Virus record (IMG/VR): IMGVR_UViG_3300027969_000050
Coordinates: 32,001-96,000 of that record
Strand: one strand, 5' to 3'
Source: a virus
DNA: 64,000 nt
This document shows positions 35,946-44,774 of this stretch, one piece after another. Numbering within the stretch: position 1 is the stretch's first letter; every line of letters begins with the position of its first letter. The translations under genes were made by a program, and so were the position numbers. The notes below the pieces were generated by a model that made no database searches, had not been told where the DNA came from, and saw only the letters and a list, made by a program, of their open reading frames with translations.

Positions 35946-36307
35946 ACTTTCAAGACGCCCATAGGATTTTCAAGACGGCAAGAAACAAAGCCTCCGGCAA
36001 GCCGCTTGGTAACAACACACGCCTTCACCAGCGAAAGAACTGGGACGGCGACGCTTACTACTACGCGGTCACGCTTCACGGCACTGACGTAGTTGAGATC
36101 TACCGAGACGGCAAAAGGGTTCTCAACAGCGGAGGCTGGCAGACGATCACGACGAAGGACCGGATCAACACCTACGGTGCCGGTCGAGTGATTCAGAAAG
36201 ACTTCGTTTGGTACTGGCACCCGGAAAGCGAATGGGACGATCTCAAACTCGTCCGCTTCGAAGACGGGATGACGGTGACTCCGCTAAGGGCGCTCACCCA
36301 TGCCTAG
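35942..36307 (+). CDS. hypothetical phage protein
   Basis: LHGTDVV..LNSGGWQTITTKDRIN..QKDFVWY motif. Confidence 0.75.
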   Translation: MNFQDAHRIFKTARNKASGKPLGNNTRLHQRKNWDGDAYYYAVTLHGTDVVEIYRDGKRVLNSGGWQTITTKDRINTYGAGRVIQKDFVWYWHPESEWDDLKLVRFEDGMTVTPLRALTHA

Positions 36308-36420
36308 ATGCCCTGACTGCATGGCAACCAAAACGCACATCATCTACTGCGACGGCTGCTGGCTTAAGCTCGTCCGACGCTCCAAGGACGTCGGCTACAA
36401 GCTGCCCCTAAAGGAAGAGC

Positions 36421-38259
36421 CTAAGAGGGATCCTCGACGGGACTAGCCTCATCAGGCTCAAAGGTCCTTTGATTGAACAGCCCCTCGTTCTCAACGTGAG
36501 AACTTGAATCGCCTCCGCACAAAGGACAGTTCCATTGGCGATACTCCGCAGGGGGACAATTGCGACTACGACCGTGATGCATTTTCTCGTTCCAGCCGGA
36601 GGTCTTCTCATCACTGCCGCCATTAATTTTGTGGTACATCGAGTTGGCCCAAGAGCGACCAGCATCGCCACCCCAGAGAAGCCAAGCGGTCTTCCACGGA
36701 GAGTTGCCCTTCCCTCCATCATCGGGACGAGTCTTGTCATGCCGCTCAAAGAAAGAATGCATCCTCTGAATGTGATCGGAAGTAAGAGGCTTGCCATCAG
36801 CAATCGAATGAGCGCGAGTCACAGTTGCCGACTCAAGTCCGTCTCCAGCCTCCCCTTGATTGACTAGCTCAATACCACGCCGAGCATTAGATCGCGCTCC
36901 TGATGGGGCAACATAGGAAGCTCCAAATTTAAATTCATTGGCTGGCCGATAGCCTTTGCCCGACAAAAATTTTTCAATCGCCGTTGCCTCAACGGCAACA
37001 TCGCCTTGATCGCTTTCGATGTTGTGCTTGCGAAAGAACTCCAAAGGCGAATCATTGAGATCATAGCGAGAAGGCCGAAAGGACTCGGGATGTTCATCCG
37101 GGTTCATGCCAGTCATCTGCTTGATCGAATCCGCCATTTCTAAATGATAACCCTTTTCACGTCCGATGAAAATGGTCTTTGATTTGCCATCATCAAAAAT
37201 CCAGATTGGCCAATCGCCCTCCTCCGGAAAGACTTCGCTGTGATCTCCATGCACATCCTCAACGCCTGTCAGATCGACAACTTGAACGCTCAATGGCGGA
37301 ACCTCATCTTTTGCCCCTCGCTGCATACGATCATTCCAGTCCCGAGGCCAAAGGTCCTCATCATTTAGCTCGTCTTCATTCCAAGCCGATCCCGGCTCCT
37401 CAGGAAGGAGTGTGCGATCTGCAATCGGTATGGTCCCGAGGCTCCTTGGCTCGGTTCCCCTTGGCCGGTCATCAAGCGGATAAGCCCCAGCAATTTCGGT
37501 CTCTCGTTCAACAGCGTTGTTTACGTCTGGCACGGTTTGGCTTGGACCCTTGGGTTTCCTTGTTTCAACTCCATTTTGACCAAGAAGCCTTTGAATCGTG
37601 GGATAGCTGACATTAAACTCGCGTCCAATGGCCCTAAGAGACGCCCCACCTTCGTACATCTCTTTCACCTTGGCTATGGCCTCTGGAGTTTGAAGAGCGG
37701 CTGCCTCCGGAGGAATTTGAGGCCTGAGTTCATTTCCCTCATCGGTAAGAACTCTTCTAACGGTCTCCCCGGCAACTCCAAGCTCGCGTCCAATCTCCTT
37801 TACGGATTTTCCGCCCTCGTACATCTCTTGAACTTCCCTAAGCATTCCTCGAATCTTGTCAGCGTGACCTTTGGTGGGCGGTTGAATGCCACCACCAAAT
37901 TTCATACGCTCGTTCCAGCTCGATTGACGACCCGGCATATAAAACCCTTGTTCGACGCCCCAGCCATCATCGTCAAGTTGAAGCCAATCGAACCGCATAA
38001 AAAATTCTCGGTTCTCGATCTCATTGACAAATAACGTCTTGCCAGTCTGATCGGAGTACGCCTTTAGAGCAAGCATGAATTCGGAACCCAATCCGGATCC
38101 CTTTTCTAAGGCGTGAAGATTGTCAAGATGAACGCTATCCGAATCCTCACGAAGCGCGAACTCGATGTTGCCACTGCGCGTCTCCAATTGAAGCCCCGAA
38201 AATTCGCTGTTAGAAACAACGCCTCCCAATTGCTGGGCTATGAAATCTTGAACCTGCAT
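36421..38259 (-). CDS. multidomain protein: GNAT-like + 2x HTH + repeat-family domain + head-associated WGGD domain + Zn ribbon
   Basis: EKGSGLGSEFM; two EMYEGG-x-S..IGRE HTH repeats; RMHSFFERH..AWLLWGGDAGRSWA; CPLCGG; start placed at ATG 38259. Confidence 0.72.
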   Translation of the reverse strand: MQVQDFIAQQLGGVVSNSEFSGLQLETRSGNIEFALREDSDSVHLDNLHALEKGSGLGSEFMLALKAYSDQTGKTLFVNEIENREFFMRFDWLQLDDDGWGVEQGFYMPGRQSSWNERMKFGGGIQPPTKGHADKIRGMLREVQEMYEGGKSVKEIGRELGVAGETVRRVLTDEGNELRPQIPPEAAALQTPEAIAKVKEMYEGGASLRAIGREFNVSYPTIQRLLGQNGVETRKPKGPSQTVPDVNNAVERETEIAGAYPLDDRPRGTEPRSLGTIPIADRTLLPEEPGSAWNEDELNDEDLWPRDWNDRMQRGAKDEVPPLSVQVVDLTGVEDVHGDHSEVFPEEGDWPIWIFDDGKSKTIFIGREKGYHLEMADSIKQMTGMNPDEHPESFRPSRYDLNDSPLEFFRKHNIESDQGDVAVEATAIEKFLSGKGYRPANEFKFGASYVAPSGARSNARRGIELVNQGEAGDGLESATVTRAHSIADGKPLTSDHIQRMHSFFERHDKTRPDDGGKGNSPWKTAWLLWGGDAGRSWANSMYHKINGGSDEKTSGWNEKMHHGRSRNCPPAEYRQWNCPLCGGDSSSHVENEGLFNQRTFEPDEASPVEDPS

Positions 38260-38333
38260 ATTATTTAACCCCCAGCAAGGGGACCCAACTAAGCAAAAGA
38301 CGGGACTCCTAAAGGGGACCCAAAGGGACCCGC

Positions 38334-38645
38334 TTACATCAAGCCGAGAGTACGACCCGCCGAGAGCCAACCGTGTTCGCACACGCCATCAGCTTCAACG
38401 TAACATCCTTCAGGACAATCCGTCAAGCCCATCGTGTCTTCCAACTCATGAGGAGCATATCCGTATTCAATATCTGATTGAAGTTCCGCCGCCGCATTTG
38501 GAGAAGGTTTCTCGCCTTGGCCGGTGGTGGGCTTAGAACCGGGAGGGCTAGGAATGTGATCGGGATGAACCCAACCGGGCTGCTCACCCTGTTGAGCGAT
38601 CTTCATTTCAGCCAGCATATCTTTAGATGTCGTAAGTTTCTTCAT
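38334..38645 (-). CDS. hypothetical protein with Cys/His cluster
   Basis: CPEGCYVEADGVCEHGWLS. Confidence 0.65.
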   Translation of the reverse strand: MKKLTTSKDMLAEMKIAQQGEQPGWVHPDHIPSPPGSKPTTGQGEKPSPNAAAELQSDIEYGYAPHELEDTMGLTDCPEGCYVEADGVCEHGWLSAGRTLGLM

Positions 38646-38970
38646 AAACATTACCGTGAGGAGCAACACATATATAATGGCAAACGGGTTAGCAAAATAT
38701 TCAATTTAGATCAGCGCGTTAGAGAATGGGGTATCACCGATCATACAGGGGGTACCCTAGAATCACTATCCTCGGACTTCACGGGGGGTCGCCCTATGAC
38801 AGGTTCCCTCTCTGGGGCTATTGCTGGAGACTGTGGGGGCTATGGGTGGGCGAGATAGGTGAGCATCAGGGGAGAGATAGACAGGGCGTTAGGCGCTGTT
38901 TATGGGCGTCATAGGTTTGCTTGTGCTGTTTGATACAAGCCCTCTCTCAATCATAATACGTCAGACATAG

Positions 38971-38995
38971 TTCCGTCCGATGAGTGTGATAGGGA
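38971..38995 (+). promoter_or_regulatory. TTCCGTCCGA-box element, copy 1 (degenerate -10)
   Basis: TTCCGTCCGA-N9-TAGGGA. Confidence 0.5.
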
Positions 38996-39051
38996 AATAA
39001 CCCAATGATTACGCATACTTCGCACTAGGGGAAACAGAACACTTACCTTCC

Positions 39052-39076
39052 TTCCGTCCGAACAGTTTGGTAGAGT
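39052..39076 (+). promoter_or_regulatory. TTCCGTCCGA-box promoter, copy 2
   Basis: TTCCGTCCGA-N9-TAGAGT, then AGGAG and ATG 39109. Confidence 0.8.
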
Positions 39077-39108
39077 GGTCACAGTCAATCTCAAACAGGA
39101 GAACCCCA

Positions 39109-39420
39109 ATGATGAAGATCAATCGCCGCAACGTAAGACTCGCAGACACACTCTCACCCAAGAGAGGCAAGACAGAGGACTACGATCCCCTAGTCATCAT
39201 CGAGCTATGGCGAGCAGACGGCAAGGCCAGAGTCAAAGACGCCTCCCTCGTCAGCAAAGATGAAGGCTGGGCAAAGAACCACGTCGCAGACCGAGACGGC
39301 AGCCACATCGTCACCCTAGACGAGCTTAACCGCAACTACCGGATCACCTGCGAAGCAGGACGCCCCTGCTGGATCGAATACCTCCACATCAAGTACGGCG
39401 GCACCTACTCAGAGCAGTAG
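39109..39420 (+). CDS. hypothetical early protein
   Basis: AGGAG SD, own promoter. Confidence 0.75.
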   Translation: MMKINRRNVRLADTLSPKRGKTEDYDPLVIIELWRADGKARVKDASLVSKDEGWAKNHVADRDGSHIVTLDELNRNYRITCEAGRPCWIEYLHIKYGGTYSEQ

Positions 39421-39512
39421 GGAGCCGACCAGCCCCTACACACGCGCACGAGAGAGGTTGTTTCGTTGAGGGGCAGAGGGGATTCGACCCAACAGTTATG
39501 GGGATCTGTCCC

Positions 39513-39537
39513 TTCTGTCCGACGCTGTTGCTAAGAT
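39513..39537 (+). promoter_or_regulatory. TTCCGTCCGA-box promoter, copy 3
   Basis: TTCTGTCCGA-N9-TAAGAT-GGATACATC. Confidence 0.8.
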
Positions 39538-39565
39538 GGATACATCAACCCATTAGGAGATCATT

Positions 39566-39772
39566 ATGACCATCACCAACTTCGCACTCATAGCACTCAA
39601 CGACGCAGAGATCGAGATCATTCTCGACGCTCTCGTCCCCAAGAGCGAGCAGGAGGACGTCGCGGCTGCTCAGGCCGCTGCCGATCTGCGGCTGGCTCTG
39701 TTCGTTCGTCAGCAGGATCGTCGTCGTAAGTCACGGCTGGCAGCAGAGGCAGCGCTAGAGGGGAGCCGATAA
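39566..39772 (+). CDS. hypothetical early protein
   Basis: AGGAG SD. Confidence 0.75.
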   Translation: MTITNFALIALNDAEIEIILDALVPKSEQEDVAAAQAAADLRLALFVRQQDRRRKSRLAAEAALEGSR

Positions 39773-40023
39773 TGCTCTCTCGATCAGACGCAGCGAAGCT
39801 GTCAAGCGCCCTGACCAAGGCTCACCTGTCCAAGGACTCAGATGCCTCTGACGCAATCCGTACTGCCTTCGAAGCAGGAGTGACCTCAGCTATCTTTGAG
39901 ATCTCAATGCTCGTGAACGAGTTGAGTGGCGGGCGAGTGGACGGCGTAGCCTTTCATCAGACCGCTCTGCTCACCGAGAGTCACTTCGCAGACCTCGAAG
40001 CTCAGATCATCAGGAGCCTCTAG
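39772..40023 (+). CDS. hypothetical early protein
   Basis: GGGAG SD, TAATG coupling. Confidence 0.75.
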   Translation: MLSRSDAAKLSSALTKAHLSKDSDASDAIRTAFEAGVTSAIFEISMLVNELSGGRVDGVAFHQTALLTESHFADLEAQIIRSL

Positions 40024-40136
40024 GAGAGAAGGGGAGCGACACAGCGGGCGAATGACACGGAGACCGCTGCCTGTCGCTGCCTCTCTCAGACCTAGCTCCC
40101 ATCGCAAAAAACGCGGGGCAGCGTCACCGTGACCGG

Positions 40137-40161
40137 CTCCGTCCGACGGGTTTGATAGAAT
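40137..40161 (+). promoter_or_regulatory. TTCCGTCCGA-box promoter, copy 4
   Basis: CTCCGTCCGA-N9-TAGAAT-GGATACAT. Confidence 0.85.
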
Positions 40162-40192
40162 GGATACATTCCACCACTCAGGGAGACACCGA

Positions 40193-40456
40193 ATGACCAT
40201 CATCGAGACCCAGACAGACCACACTTGGAAGCAGACCAAAGAGGGCTACGGCATACGCCACACTCTCGTCGGCACCTCGTACTCAATCCTTGCCAGCGGC
40301 GAGGTGATCGTTGATAGTTACGGCGCTCACGGACGGGCGCGGCTTAGTGGCAAGAGGTCATACACAATCTACGACGGGGAGCGCAGTTTCCGCTACTGCG
40401 ACCTGCTCAAAGACGCCAAGCAGGTCTGCGAACGTCGCTCAGAAGGGAGCCGATAA
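40193..40456 (+). CDS. hypothetical early protein
   Basis: GGGAG SD before ATG 40193. Confidence 0.75.
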   Translation: MTIIETQTDHTWKQTKEGYGIRHTLVGTSYSILASGEVIVDSYGAHGRARLSGKRSYTIYDGERSFRYCDLLKDAKQVCERRSEGSR

Positions 40457-41232
40457 TGACCATCACTCTCGCCGTACAGACCGACACCGCACTCGCAGCC
40501 CTCTGGACTCAGATCTACGCTCTGCGGGGCGAGGTCGCTCAGGCCGTAGCATCGCTTGGCGATCAGACCAAGACCGAGGGCGACTACCTCTACAAGCGCG
40601 GCTACAAAGTCTTTCAGGGCGACGCTCGTGGCTGGACTCAGATCTTGACTCACGCGGCATCGCTGGCCTACTGCCCTGTCGGCGCAACCAACGTCTTTCG
40701 CACCGGCGCTGAGAGTCGAGACAAGTACGGTAAGATGGGCGAGGGCGAGAAGGATCGTCTGCTGAACACTCTCTCCAAGTACGAGACCCTTCGGGACAAG
40801 ATGGCCGAGATCGAAGTCGAGACCGACCCGCTCCAAGCAATCTACGAGCAGCATCGCTGGAGCCGGTTCTTTCTCGTGACAAGTTCTCAGGGTCACGTTC
40901 ACTCGTCAATGAGTTGCTCGACCTGCTTCCCTACGACTGAGTACGGCTGGCTCCCGAACCTCTCAGGACTGACCGAGGCCGACGCTGTGGCGCAAGAGGG
41001 TTCGATCCTCTGCTCCGTCTGCTTCCCTTCCGCTCCGACCGAGTGGACGACGGGGATCTCCAAGGCTCAGGCCGAGAAGGAAGCGGCGAAGTGTTCCGGC
41101 TCCGGCAGCCGAGTGGACGCCAGCGGCGAGTCGCTCAACCCCTACCGCAATAACTATGGCTCCTGCCCTGACTGTAAGGCGCAGCCCGCCATCACCAGCA
41201 CCGGCAAACTCCGCGCTCACAAGCCCGCCTGA
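40456..41232 (+). CDS. Cys/His-rich (Zn-binding) phage protein
   Basis: GHVHSSMSCSTC..LCSVCFPSAP..CSGSG..CPDC..LRAH. Confidence 0.8.
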   Translation: MTITLAVQTDTALAALWTQIYALRGEVAQAVASLGDQTKTEGDYLYKRGYKVFQGDARGWTQILTHAASLAYCPVGATNVFRTGAESRDKYGKMGEGEKDRLLNTLSKYETLRDKMAEIEVETDPLQAIYEQHRWSRFFLVTSSQGHVHSSMSCSTCFPTTEYGWLPNLSGLTEADAVAQEGSILCSVCFPSAPTEWTTGISKAQAEKEAAKCSGSGSRVDASGESLNPYRNNYGSCPDCKAQPAITSTGKLRAHKPA

Positions 41233-41236
41233 GCGG

Positions 41237-41261
41237 TTCCGTCCGACGACTTTGGTAGAAT
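41237..41261 (+). promoter_or_regulatory. TTCCGTCCGA-box promoter, copy 5
   Basis: TTCCGTCCGA-N9-TAGAAT-AGATACATC. Confidence 0.85.
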
Positions 41262-41301
41262 AGATACATCAACCAACCACACCACAGGAGATACGATCAT
41301 T

Positions 41302-42426
41302 ATGGCTTCATCACCGATTCCCAAGGCAGACCAATGGCTCGATCAGAGCATCAAGAACCACGCCGCAGGTAAGCGTGGGATCAACGCTCTGCTCGTCGGC
41401 CTACACGGCACCGGCAAGACGACGTATGTAATGGAGAGGGCAGCAGCCAAGGGTCTGAAAGTCGCCCTGTTCACCTGCTCGATCCTCGACCCGTACACCG
41501 ACTTCGTTGGCGTCCCGTTCCAAGTGATTACCAACGAGGGAACGCCGAGCGAATCGCGCTACCTAGAGAAGGTGCGCCCCAAGGCAGTGGACGAGTGCGA
41601 TCTCATATTCTTCGACGAGATCAACCGCGCCGCTCCGGTCGTCCTGAACGCAATGCTGGAGATCATTCAGTTCGGCACGATCAACGGCGAGAAGCTCCCG
41701 AAGCTGATCGGCTGCTGGGCAGCGATGAACCCGCCTGACGCGGGCTACGACGTGAACCCTCTCGACCCTGCTCTCGTGGATCGCTTCGACACTTTCTACG
41801 AGGTCAAGGCCAAGCCGTCCGTGAAGTTTATGAGCGCGTCAATGCGCCCAGAGATCGCTAAGGCTCTCGTCAAGTGGTGGGAGGGTATGGATCGCTCCAA
41901 GCGAGACAACACCGACTACATCAGCCCTCGCCGTCTGGAAAAGATCGGCATCTACTACGACACCTTCGGCACGTTTGAGGAAGCCCTACCGGCCTCTATG
42001 ACGGTCGAGCGGTCGAAGCTGGCTGACCTGCTCCGTGACGCTGAGAACCAAGGCAAGGGCGTCGCCGCAGCAGCCTCGCAAGGCGGCATCGGTGGGGCGG
42101 CCAACGCCACCCTGACCTACAACCGCGATTGGATCCGCGAGTACCCGTCGGCCACTGTTGCCGTCCTCTCGTCGGCACCGGACGATCTGACCACTCACAA
42201 CGCGGTCGTGGCTTGCTTCGACAAGACCAGCGGGGCGAACCTCGTCAAGGACGACGGCGAGGTACTCAACGCCATCAAGCCGTCGGTGCTGGAGGCCTTC
42301 GTCGCCGGACTGACGCCAGCCAAGGCCAAGACTCTGGCCGAGAACGTCGCTGTGCTGCCGCAGGCAGACCGTGACCGGCTCGCCAGCCTCGTCTCTGTGG
42401 TGGAGGCAGATGCCCAGAAGCGCTAG
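41302..42426 (+). CDS. MoxR-like AAA+ ATPase
   Basis: GLHGTGKT Walker A, IFFDEINRA Walker B, AAMNP, LDPALVDRF, ISPRRLE. Confidence 0.92.
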   Translation: MASSPIPKADQWLDQSIKNHAAGKRGINALLVGLHGTGKTTYVMERAAAKGLKVALFTCSILDPYTDFVGVPFQVITNEGTPSESRYLEKVRPKAVDECDLIFFDEINRAAPVVLNAMLEIIQFGTINGEKLPKLIGCWAAMNPPDAGYDVNPLDPALVDRFDTFYEVKAKPSVKFMSASMRPEIAKALVKWWEGMDRSKRDNTDYISPRRLEKIGIYYDTFGTFEEALPASMTVERSKLADLLRDAENQGKGVAAAASQGGIGGAANATLTYNRDWIREYPSATVAVLSSAPDDLTTHNAVVACFDKTSGANLVKDDGEVLNAIKPSVLEAFVAGLTPAKAKTLAENVAVLPQADRDRLASLVSVVEADAQKR

Positions 42427-42437
42427 GGCAGCGGACA

Positions 42438-42462
42438 GGGCGGGGGGCTTCGGCTCCCCGTC
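42438..42462 (+). terminator. GC stem with UUCG loop
   Basis: GCGGGGGGC-TTCG-GCTCCCCGT after the ATPase stop; no clear U tract. Confidence 0.55.
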
Positions 42463-42467
42463 CGGCG

Positions 42468-42492
42468 TTCCGTCCGACACCTCTGGTAGAAT
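42468..42492 (+). promoter_or_regulatory. TTCCGTCCGA-box promoter, copy 6
   Basis: TTCCGTCCGA-N9-TAGAAT-GGATACATC. Confidence 0.85.
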
Positions 42493-42525
42493 GGATACAT
42501 CAACCGCAAGACTTTGGAGATTCTT

Positions 42526-43872
42526 ATGACCACCACCATCACACCTGACCAGCACTACCGCGAAGCGATCAAGTGGATTGACACCGAGGCCTACGCCTAC
42601 TTCGTCACTTCGATCCTGAACCTTGGCAAGCCCAACTGGAACAGCGCGATCCCCACAGCCTGCGTAGGCGTCCCTCAGGACGGCCAGCAGGGTCACGGCA
42701 GCACCAGCGGCTTTGAGTACCACTTTAACCCTCAGTTCGCTCTCAAGCTCCCAGCGTCCCAGCTTGCCTTCGTCGCAGCCCACGAGACGCTCCACATCGT
42801 CCTGAACCACCTCGCCCTGTCGGACAAGTACCCCGACCACTCGCTCTTTAACATCGCCGCCGACTGTGTTATCAACGACTACCTCGCCCAGCAGGGCTTC
42901 GACGTGCCTGAGTGGGTTATGACCGGCGAGAAGCAGGTCGGTTGGAACGCAGCGGATAGCACCGTCAGCGCCGTGTACGCGGCTCTCCAGCACCGTGAGC
43001 GCACCGAAGGCGGCTCTCCAGAAGCGGGAGAGGCCGGAGACACCTCAGGCGGCAGCGCAGGAGACGGCAGCCTCGTGGACACCCACGAGTGGATCCACGA
43101 CGCTACGGCGGAGCAGAAGGCCGCCGCCGAGAAGGCGTCCGGCGATCAGAAGGACGCTGGCAACCTGCCGCAGGAGGTCGAGGATCAGAAGGGCGACGCT
43201 CAAACCGGCAACGGTCACGGCATCAGCGGAGGGGGCGAGGGGCGCGAGTTCTTTAAGGACGGCTCCGTGACGCTCCGCTGGGAGGCTCTGATCCGCCGCA
43301 TCAACCCAGACGCCTACAAGCGTCACGCTCCGGCTCCAAGTTGGCTGCGCCAGCCGCCACGCCTGATCGGGAGCAACTGCCGCCTGCCTGAGTACCCAGA
43401 CGTGAACCGAGACCAGTCCGGCTTCGCAGAGCAGCCCGCTCTCGTCCTCGCTCTGGACACCAGCGGCTCGATCCAAGACGAGGACGCCCGCCGCTTTATC
43501 AACCTCGCTCGCTCGATCCCCCAGAGCAAGGTCAAGCTGTTCCCCATCACGTTCACAACCAAGACGATGGATCTCGATCTCGACAACCCGTACTACGAGG
43601 GAGGCGGCACCGACTTCGGTTGTATCGAGGCCTACATTCAGGCCAGCGTCGTGAGCCAGCTAGGCCACTACCCCAAGGCCGTCGTCGTCATTACAGACGG
43701 GCAGGCTGGCTGGCATCGTGGCCAGCACGTCGAGCCGTCAAACCGCAAGTCGTGGACGTGGCTCTGGACTCACAAGGGTACCTTTAACCGCTACGCCCAC
43801 AACTCCGGCTACGCCGAGGGCGAGACCTGTAACTTCGGAACCGCTGAGGCTCTCAGCGACTACACCAACTAG
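42526..43872 (+). CDS. HExxH metallopeptidase-like + VWA domain protein (DUF2201-type MoxR partner)
   Basis: AHETLHIVLNH, NIAADCVIN, LALDTSGS (MIDAS), GGGTDF, VVITDG. Confidence 0.9.
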   Translation: MTTTITPDQHYREAIKWIDTEAYAYFVTSILNLGKPNWNSAIPTACVGVPQDGQQGHGSTSGFEYHFNPQFALKLPASQLAFVAAHETLHIVLNHLALSDKYPDHSLFNIAADCVINDYLAQQGFDVPEWVMTGEKQVGWNAADSTVSAVYAALQHRERTEGGSPEAGEAGDTSGGSAGDGSLVDTHEWIHDATAEQKAAAEKASGDQKDAGNLPQEVEDQKGDAQTGNGHGISGGGEGREFFKDGSVTLRWEALIRRINPDAYKRHAPAPSWLRQPPRLIGSNCRLPEYPDVNRDQSGFAEQPALVLALDTSGSIQDEDARRFINLARSIPQSKVKLFPITFTTKTMDLDLDNPYYEGGGTDFGCIEAYIQASVVSQLGHYPKAVVVITDGQAGWHRGQHVEPSNRKSWTWLWTHKGTFNRYAHNSGYAEGETCNFGTAEALSDYTN

Positions 43873-43884
43873 GAGGGCTGGACA

Positions 43885-44715
43885 ATGGCTAACGAGATCT
43901 GGACAGACGTATCAGCAGTACCTACGAGCAGTGGCAACATCGTGACCGGAGGCAGCTACCACAACGCCGAGTGGCACCTAGAGGGAACGGATCTGAATCT
44001 GATCCAAGAGTCACCTCACCCTCAGACGGGAGAGGCTAGGGGCTTTACCCTCAGCACGATGGGCTGCTACCGCTCGTCAAAGCTGGAGGCCACCAGCGTC
44101 TCCGATGCGATGCTGGAGGTCGAAGCGATCTGCCAAACCGGCTGGCTTCGCCCTAGCCACCTTCACAGCCTGACGAGCCTCCGAGGCTGGGACAAGGAAG
44201 CTAACCAGTGGATCGAAGTTGAGGACGCGATGCTTCCAGTCAAGATCGGCAAGAAATGGCACTTTGTTATCTCGTCGGACGAGATCGGAGTGGGCGTCGG
44301 TCGGCCTGAGGTCGTGAACGTCTCGCAAGTTGTTCTGGGACGCCAGCGAGAAAAAAATTATTCTGGCTGCGGTCGCCACTGCGAGGACAGGCTGACTGAC
44401 CTAAAGCGGATCACGGACGCGCTGCCTGATTACAGCTACGAGGACAGGATTGGCGAAATGGTGGCAGCCGTCCAAACCGGAGGCTCAAAGACCACGCGCC
44501 ATCGCAACCACCCCGCCGCTGTCTGCTCAGTCTGCGCCGACGCTGCTGGCCTGCTGGCGCTGAGGAAGGCCTGCGAGTGTGACGATCACAAGTGGCAGGA
44601 CAAGTACGGCTACCCCAACAACGTCTGCGAGTCCTGCGACGGCCTGACGCCTTGGAGGGCATACACCGAAGCCAGCCCGCACCATCAGCCAAGGCCAGAG
44701 CGCGTCAAGGTCTGA
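43885..44715 (+). CDS. Zn-binding hypothetical protein (PVK..KWH family, copy 1)
   Basis: AGGAGG SD; LPVKIGKKWHFV..CGRHC..CSVC. Confidence 0.75.
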   Translation: MANEIWTDVSAVPTSSGNIVTGGSYHNAEWHLEGTDLNLIQESPHPQTGEARGFTLSTMGCYRSSKLEATSVSDAMLEVEAICQTGWLRPSHLHSLTSLRGWDKEANQWIEVEDAMLPVKIGKKWHFVISSDEIGVGVGRPEVVNVSQVVLGRQREKNYSGCGRHCEDRLTDLKRITDALPDYSYEDRIGEMVAAVQTGGSKTTRHRNHPAAVCSVCADAAGLLALRKACECDDHKWQDKYGYPNNVCESCDGLTPWRAYTEASPHHQPRPERVKV

Positions 44716-44740
44716 GTCCGTCCGACAGTGTTGCTATAAT
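44716..44740 (+). promoter_or_regulatory. TTCCGTCCGA-box promoter, copy 7
   Basis: GTCCGTCCGA-N9-TATAAT. Confidence 0.85.
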
Positions 44741-44774
44741 ACCCATTACAACCCAACCACAGGAGTCAATCATT

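Noticed and set aside
39465-39522. tRNA-like 3' end on the minus strand (GGGTCGAATCCCCTCTGCCCC)
   Set aside because: No 5-bp T stem, D arm, anticodon arm or matching acceptor strand; better explained as an imperfect hairpin next to promoter copy 3
41986-42993. 335-aa minus-strand ORF and similar long antisense ORFs (40393-40909, 43045-43476, 11607-12179)
   Set aside because: Shadows of well-supported genes on the opposite strand in GC-rich codon context; no motifs or start signals
44592-44774. N-terminal extension of Ku in the ORF track
   Set aside because: Overlaps the upstream gene and the promoter; SD supports ATG 44775
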